A DNA stretch of 63,787 nt, the filler included, from Octopus bimaculoides (taxonomy: Eukaryota), in assembly GCF_001194135.2 (NCBI RefSeq). It is 4 parts of 4 records of this genome, joined end to end, with 100 filler letters (N's around TTAATTAATTAA, not from the genome) between each part and the next. Parts side by side here need not be neighbours in the genome. Positions count along the whole stretch, not along the records: positions 56,275 to 62,014 come from NC_068993.1; positions 62,115 to 63,787 come from NW_026412760.1; 2 more parts are not named here. The stretch is one strand, 5' to 3'. Both the position numbers and the translations under genes were made by a program. Shown here in pieces: positions 60,696-63,787 of this stretch (its first letter is position 1; each line of letters starts with the position of its first letter). The notes under the pieces were generated by a model, which had not been told where the DNA came from, did no database searches, and worked only from the letters and a program-made list of their open reading frames with translations.

Positions 60696-60885
60696 CACTA
60701 GCATAGGTGGCCCTTCAGTTTGCCTTTCTGGGCCCCCACAAGAAATACATATTGCCTACAACAGACCCAAAAGTGGTACTGCCCCCTGGCCCCCACTAAA
60801 ATTACATATTGCCTACAGCAGACCCAAAAGTAATGCTGCCTTGAGCGGACTGCCCACTCCACATCCCTCTAGTTACACCAGTGCA
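60696..60885. mobile_element. Small hAT-like element with an internal 2-copy repeat of about 55 bp
   Basis: The right end reverse complement, cactggtgtaactagaggg, resembles cagtggcgtaactag hAT TIRs. The unit ggcccccac...tacatattgcctac..cagacccaaaagt occurs twice. Confidence 0.45.
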
Positions 60886-60908
60886 TCTCATCCCTCCTGA
60901 CTTTGTTT

Positions 60909-60942
<34 letters not shown>

Positions 60943-62014
60943 CCTGGTGCAGCTGCTGGCTCTCCAGACCTCAGTCAAAACCATCCAACCCACGCCAGCA
61001 TGGAAAACGGGCGTTAAACAATGATGATGATGATATATANNNNNNNNNNNNNNNNNNNNNNNNNNNNNNNNNNNNNNNNNNNNNNNNNNNNNNNNNNNNN
61101 NNNNNNNNNNNNNNNNNNNNNNNNNNNNNNNNNNNNNATATATATATATATATATATACGTGGGTGTTTTTTCAAAACATTGTCTGGTTTAAAAGCCACA
61201 TCAGACGCCATGAAAGGGCTAAGGTGTAGGTACAGGAGGTGCTCAAACTCTGTGTAAGGAGTAGACAACCACCATATATATATTTACTCAACTTATTTAG
61301 AATGAGACAAAAGTTTAGCTTGGGACTCTAAAACAGTATTTTGCTGTGTTTCAATTTGTATTTGAAGAGTATTGCATTATTATTAATCTGTTCTCTTACG
61401 AAGTACATTAAAGATTATATTCTATTTGTGTACCCTGGCAATTAACTAAATTGATGGAATTAACATCAATACTATGGTCTGATAAACAGGTGATGAGGTA
61501 AAAAGACTGGATTACTGCATTGAATACCTAATTGTTATTGCTTATGTCCTTCAGCATTTTCGCTTGAAGTCCTTCTTGGATTTATTTTGATTTTGATCCT
61601 TGTTTGAGCTTCTAGATGAGTGAGTTAAACCCCATTTTTTTTTCTCGATTGAGATTTGTGATTAAAAACTTTTCCAGCCATAATCATTCCAGGCATTTTT
61701 TTTTCTGTCTGATATGTTGCCAGTACCGCCTGACTGGCCTTCGTAGGATTTTCGAGCGAGATCGTTGTCAGTACCCCTGGACTGGCTCTTGTGCGGGTGG
61801 CACATAAAATACACCATTTTGAGCGTGGCCGTTGCCAGTACCGCCTGACTGGCCTTCGTGCGGGTGACACGTAAAAGCACCCACTACACTCTCTGAGTGG
61901 TTGGCGTTAGGAAGGGCATCCAGCTGTAGAAACTCTGCCAAATCAGATTGGAGCCTGGTGTAGCCATCTGGAGTTAGATTTTCATATATGAAGTTATTGC
62001 AACAGAAATAAATT

Positions 62015-62114
62015 NNNNNNNNNNNNNNNNNNNNNNNNNNNNNNNNNNNNNNNNNNNNTTAATTAATTAANNNNNNNNNNNNNNNNNNNNNNNNNNNNNN
62101 NNNNNNNNNNNNNN
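62015..62114. other. Artificial 100-bp scaffold-join spacer
   Basis: N44-TTAATTAATTAA-N44. Confidence 0.95.
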
Positions 62115-62227
62115 ATAACAAAAACACCAGGACGTACAAATATATATAACACACAGAAAATAGCACTACTGGGCACTGTACATATCCTACGCAAAACACT
62201 TTCAATAGAGTAATCATAAGAGCATCA
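62115..62227 (+). mobile_element. R4/Dong-like 3' fragment between gaps
   Basis: Translates to ITKTPGRTNIYNTQKIALLGTVHILRKTLSIE*. Confidence 0.75.
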
Positions 62228-62800
62228 NNNNNNNNNNNNNNNNNNNNNNNNNNNNNNNNNNNNNNNNNNNNNNNNNNNNNNNNNNNNNNNNNNNNNNNNN
62301 NNNNNNNNNNNNNNNNNNNNNNNNNNNNNNNNNNNNNNNNNNNNNNNNNNNNNNNNNNNNNNNNNNNNNNNNNNNNNNNNNNNNNNNNNNNNNNNNNNNN
62401 NNNNNNNNNNNNNGAAGTGCAAATGAGGTATACAAGAAATAGAGTGTTACAGAGTATATGGTACAAGAATAAGAGACAAATATTCTACAATCCTAATATA
62501 TTCGAGAATGGGCAAAACATAATCAAGAATTAGTTCCATTGCTGATGCTTGGTCCCAGGTCAATTCTGATCAAGCTTACCTAAAATCAAAGGTTATATTT
62601 TTAAAGAAGGCACAGTGATATGTAGAAGATCTTGCTTGTCTCTAGCAGGTAGAAAAATCACAGAGAAATTCTCTCTTAGAACGTAGTCAATTTTATCGAA
62701 TTACTGTTTTTTTTTTTTCCTTTTGTCCACCAACGTAAGATTTGCTCTTATTTGATTTCTCTTCTACATTTTAAACTTCAATTTAAATATTTTTTCTCAG

Positions 62801-62917
62801 GTATGTCAGATGATGAGTAGATCAACGAAATATTACATACAAGATAAAGGCGTTCCTTACCTAGTTGATGGATACCAGTGGGTCGGATATGAAGATGAAC
62901 GTAGCGTTGCTTTGAAG
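62801..62917 (+). CDS. GH18 chitinase-family gene, penultimate exon (VCQMMSRSTKYYIQDKGVPYLVDGYQWVGYEDERSVALK)
   Basis: Acceptor tttttctcag, donor aag|gtaaga, phase 0 to 0. VPY....QWVGYED..S...K is the typical C-terminal part of the GH18 barrel. Confidence 0.92.
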
Positions 62918-63009
62918 GTAAGAAATGCACTCAGAGTTGAACTTATTTGGATAGAGTGTATCTATCTATCTATCTANNNNNNNNNNGTTGAACTTATTTG
63001 GATAGAGTG

Positions 63010-63048
<39 letters not shown>

Positions 63049-63384
63049 ATATACTGAAGCACTAAGTTACAAGAAGGTAAGCACACCATCACCGGTTGCC
63101 AAGCGATGGTGGGGGACAGAGACACAAAGACGCACACACATGCATGTGTGTGTGCGTGTGTGNNNNNNNNNNACAGGCTTCTTTCAGTTTCCGTCAACCA
63201 AATCCACTCTATCAATATGTATTATAAATCAGGACACGTGATCAAAGTTCGATCTCAGCTGTGTGTCCCACCCACCCCCACTCCTATATCCAGTGAGGTA
63301 CGATGTGGAATATCAAACCACGGGCTACACTGGTGTGTGAAATATGTGCCACGTAATAGTATTATTGTTTTCTGTCCTATCCAG

Positions 63385-63525
63385 GCGAAGTTTGCTCTTG
63401 ACAATAAATTTGGTGGTGTCATGCTGTGGGCTTTTGACGTAGATGACTTCAAAGGAATATGTAACACTCAAAAAGTTTACCCACTTTTAAATAGCGTGAA
63501 CAAAGTGCTTAAAGGAGGATCGTAA
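63385..63525 (+). CDS. GH18 chitinase-family gene, last exon (AKFALDNKFGGVMLWAFDVDDFKGICNTQKVYPLLNSVNKVLKGGS*)
   Basis: Acceptor cctatccag. Contains the GGxMxWxxDxDDFxGxC...YPL motif and ends at TAA 63523-63525. Upstream exons, including the catalytic DxxDxDxE motif, are not found in the window. Confidence 0.92.
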   Translation, partial: AKFALDNKFGGVMLWAFDVDDFKGICNTQKVYPLLNSVNKVLKGGS

Positions 63526-63787
63526 GTATACATCTTTTCTTGATTAACTGATAACATAATGACTCATCTATTATTTGGATGTATGCTGCAATTGCATCTT
63601 TCAGGAGTCAAAAGAAATCGTACCCGCCAAAGCGTGCTCACGGTTTCAGAGGGTTAATAATAATTGTAATGAAATATACGAACAAGCGATGCATCTGGAT
63701 GTTGAATGAAAGACAAATACTGACTGATGATGATCGAGAGATTATAATTCAATAGAGAATATATTCTACTATTTTGTACTTTAACGT

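Noticed and set aside
62936-63030. Tandem duplication of gttgaacttatttggatagagtgtatct in the chitinase intron
   Set aside because: The two copies sit on either side of a 10-N gap. This is most likely an unmerged contig overlap.

Overview
This is eukaryotic, AT-rich, repeat-dense genomic DNA with many N gaps. The SINE, LINE and microsatellite content suggests an octopus or other coleoid cephalopod; that is an inference, not a database result. There are no prokaryotic features and no CRISPR. Two protein-coding genes are recognisable, both partial and on the + strand. (1) Twelve consecutive GT-AG exons (329-19295) splice in frame into about 656 codons of the central part of UNC79, a subunit of the NALCN-UNC80-UNC79 sodium-leak channel complex. 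I could not find the exons expected after 19295. (2) The last two exons of a GH18 chitinase-family gene lie at 62801-62917 and 63385-63525. Three identical 100-bp spacers (N44-TTAATTAATTAA-N44) show that the window is four separately assembled pieces, so the adjacency of the two genes is unproven. The rest is transposon debris: a full-length but dead mariner inserted in an RTE LINE, a Tc1 relic, a pogo transposase apparently split by about 10 kb, R4/Dong-like 3' ends sitting in (ATT)n tracts, hAT MITEs and several SINE families. The most interesting unexplained signals are a near-perfect 58-bp hairpin and a CpG-rich promoter-like island inside UNC79 introns, a candidate antisense terminal exon, candidate microexons and a second 45-bp foldback element. 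I found no convincing new multi-gene system. The best leads are regulatory or RNA-structural.
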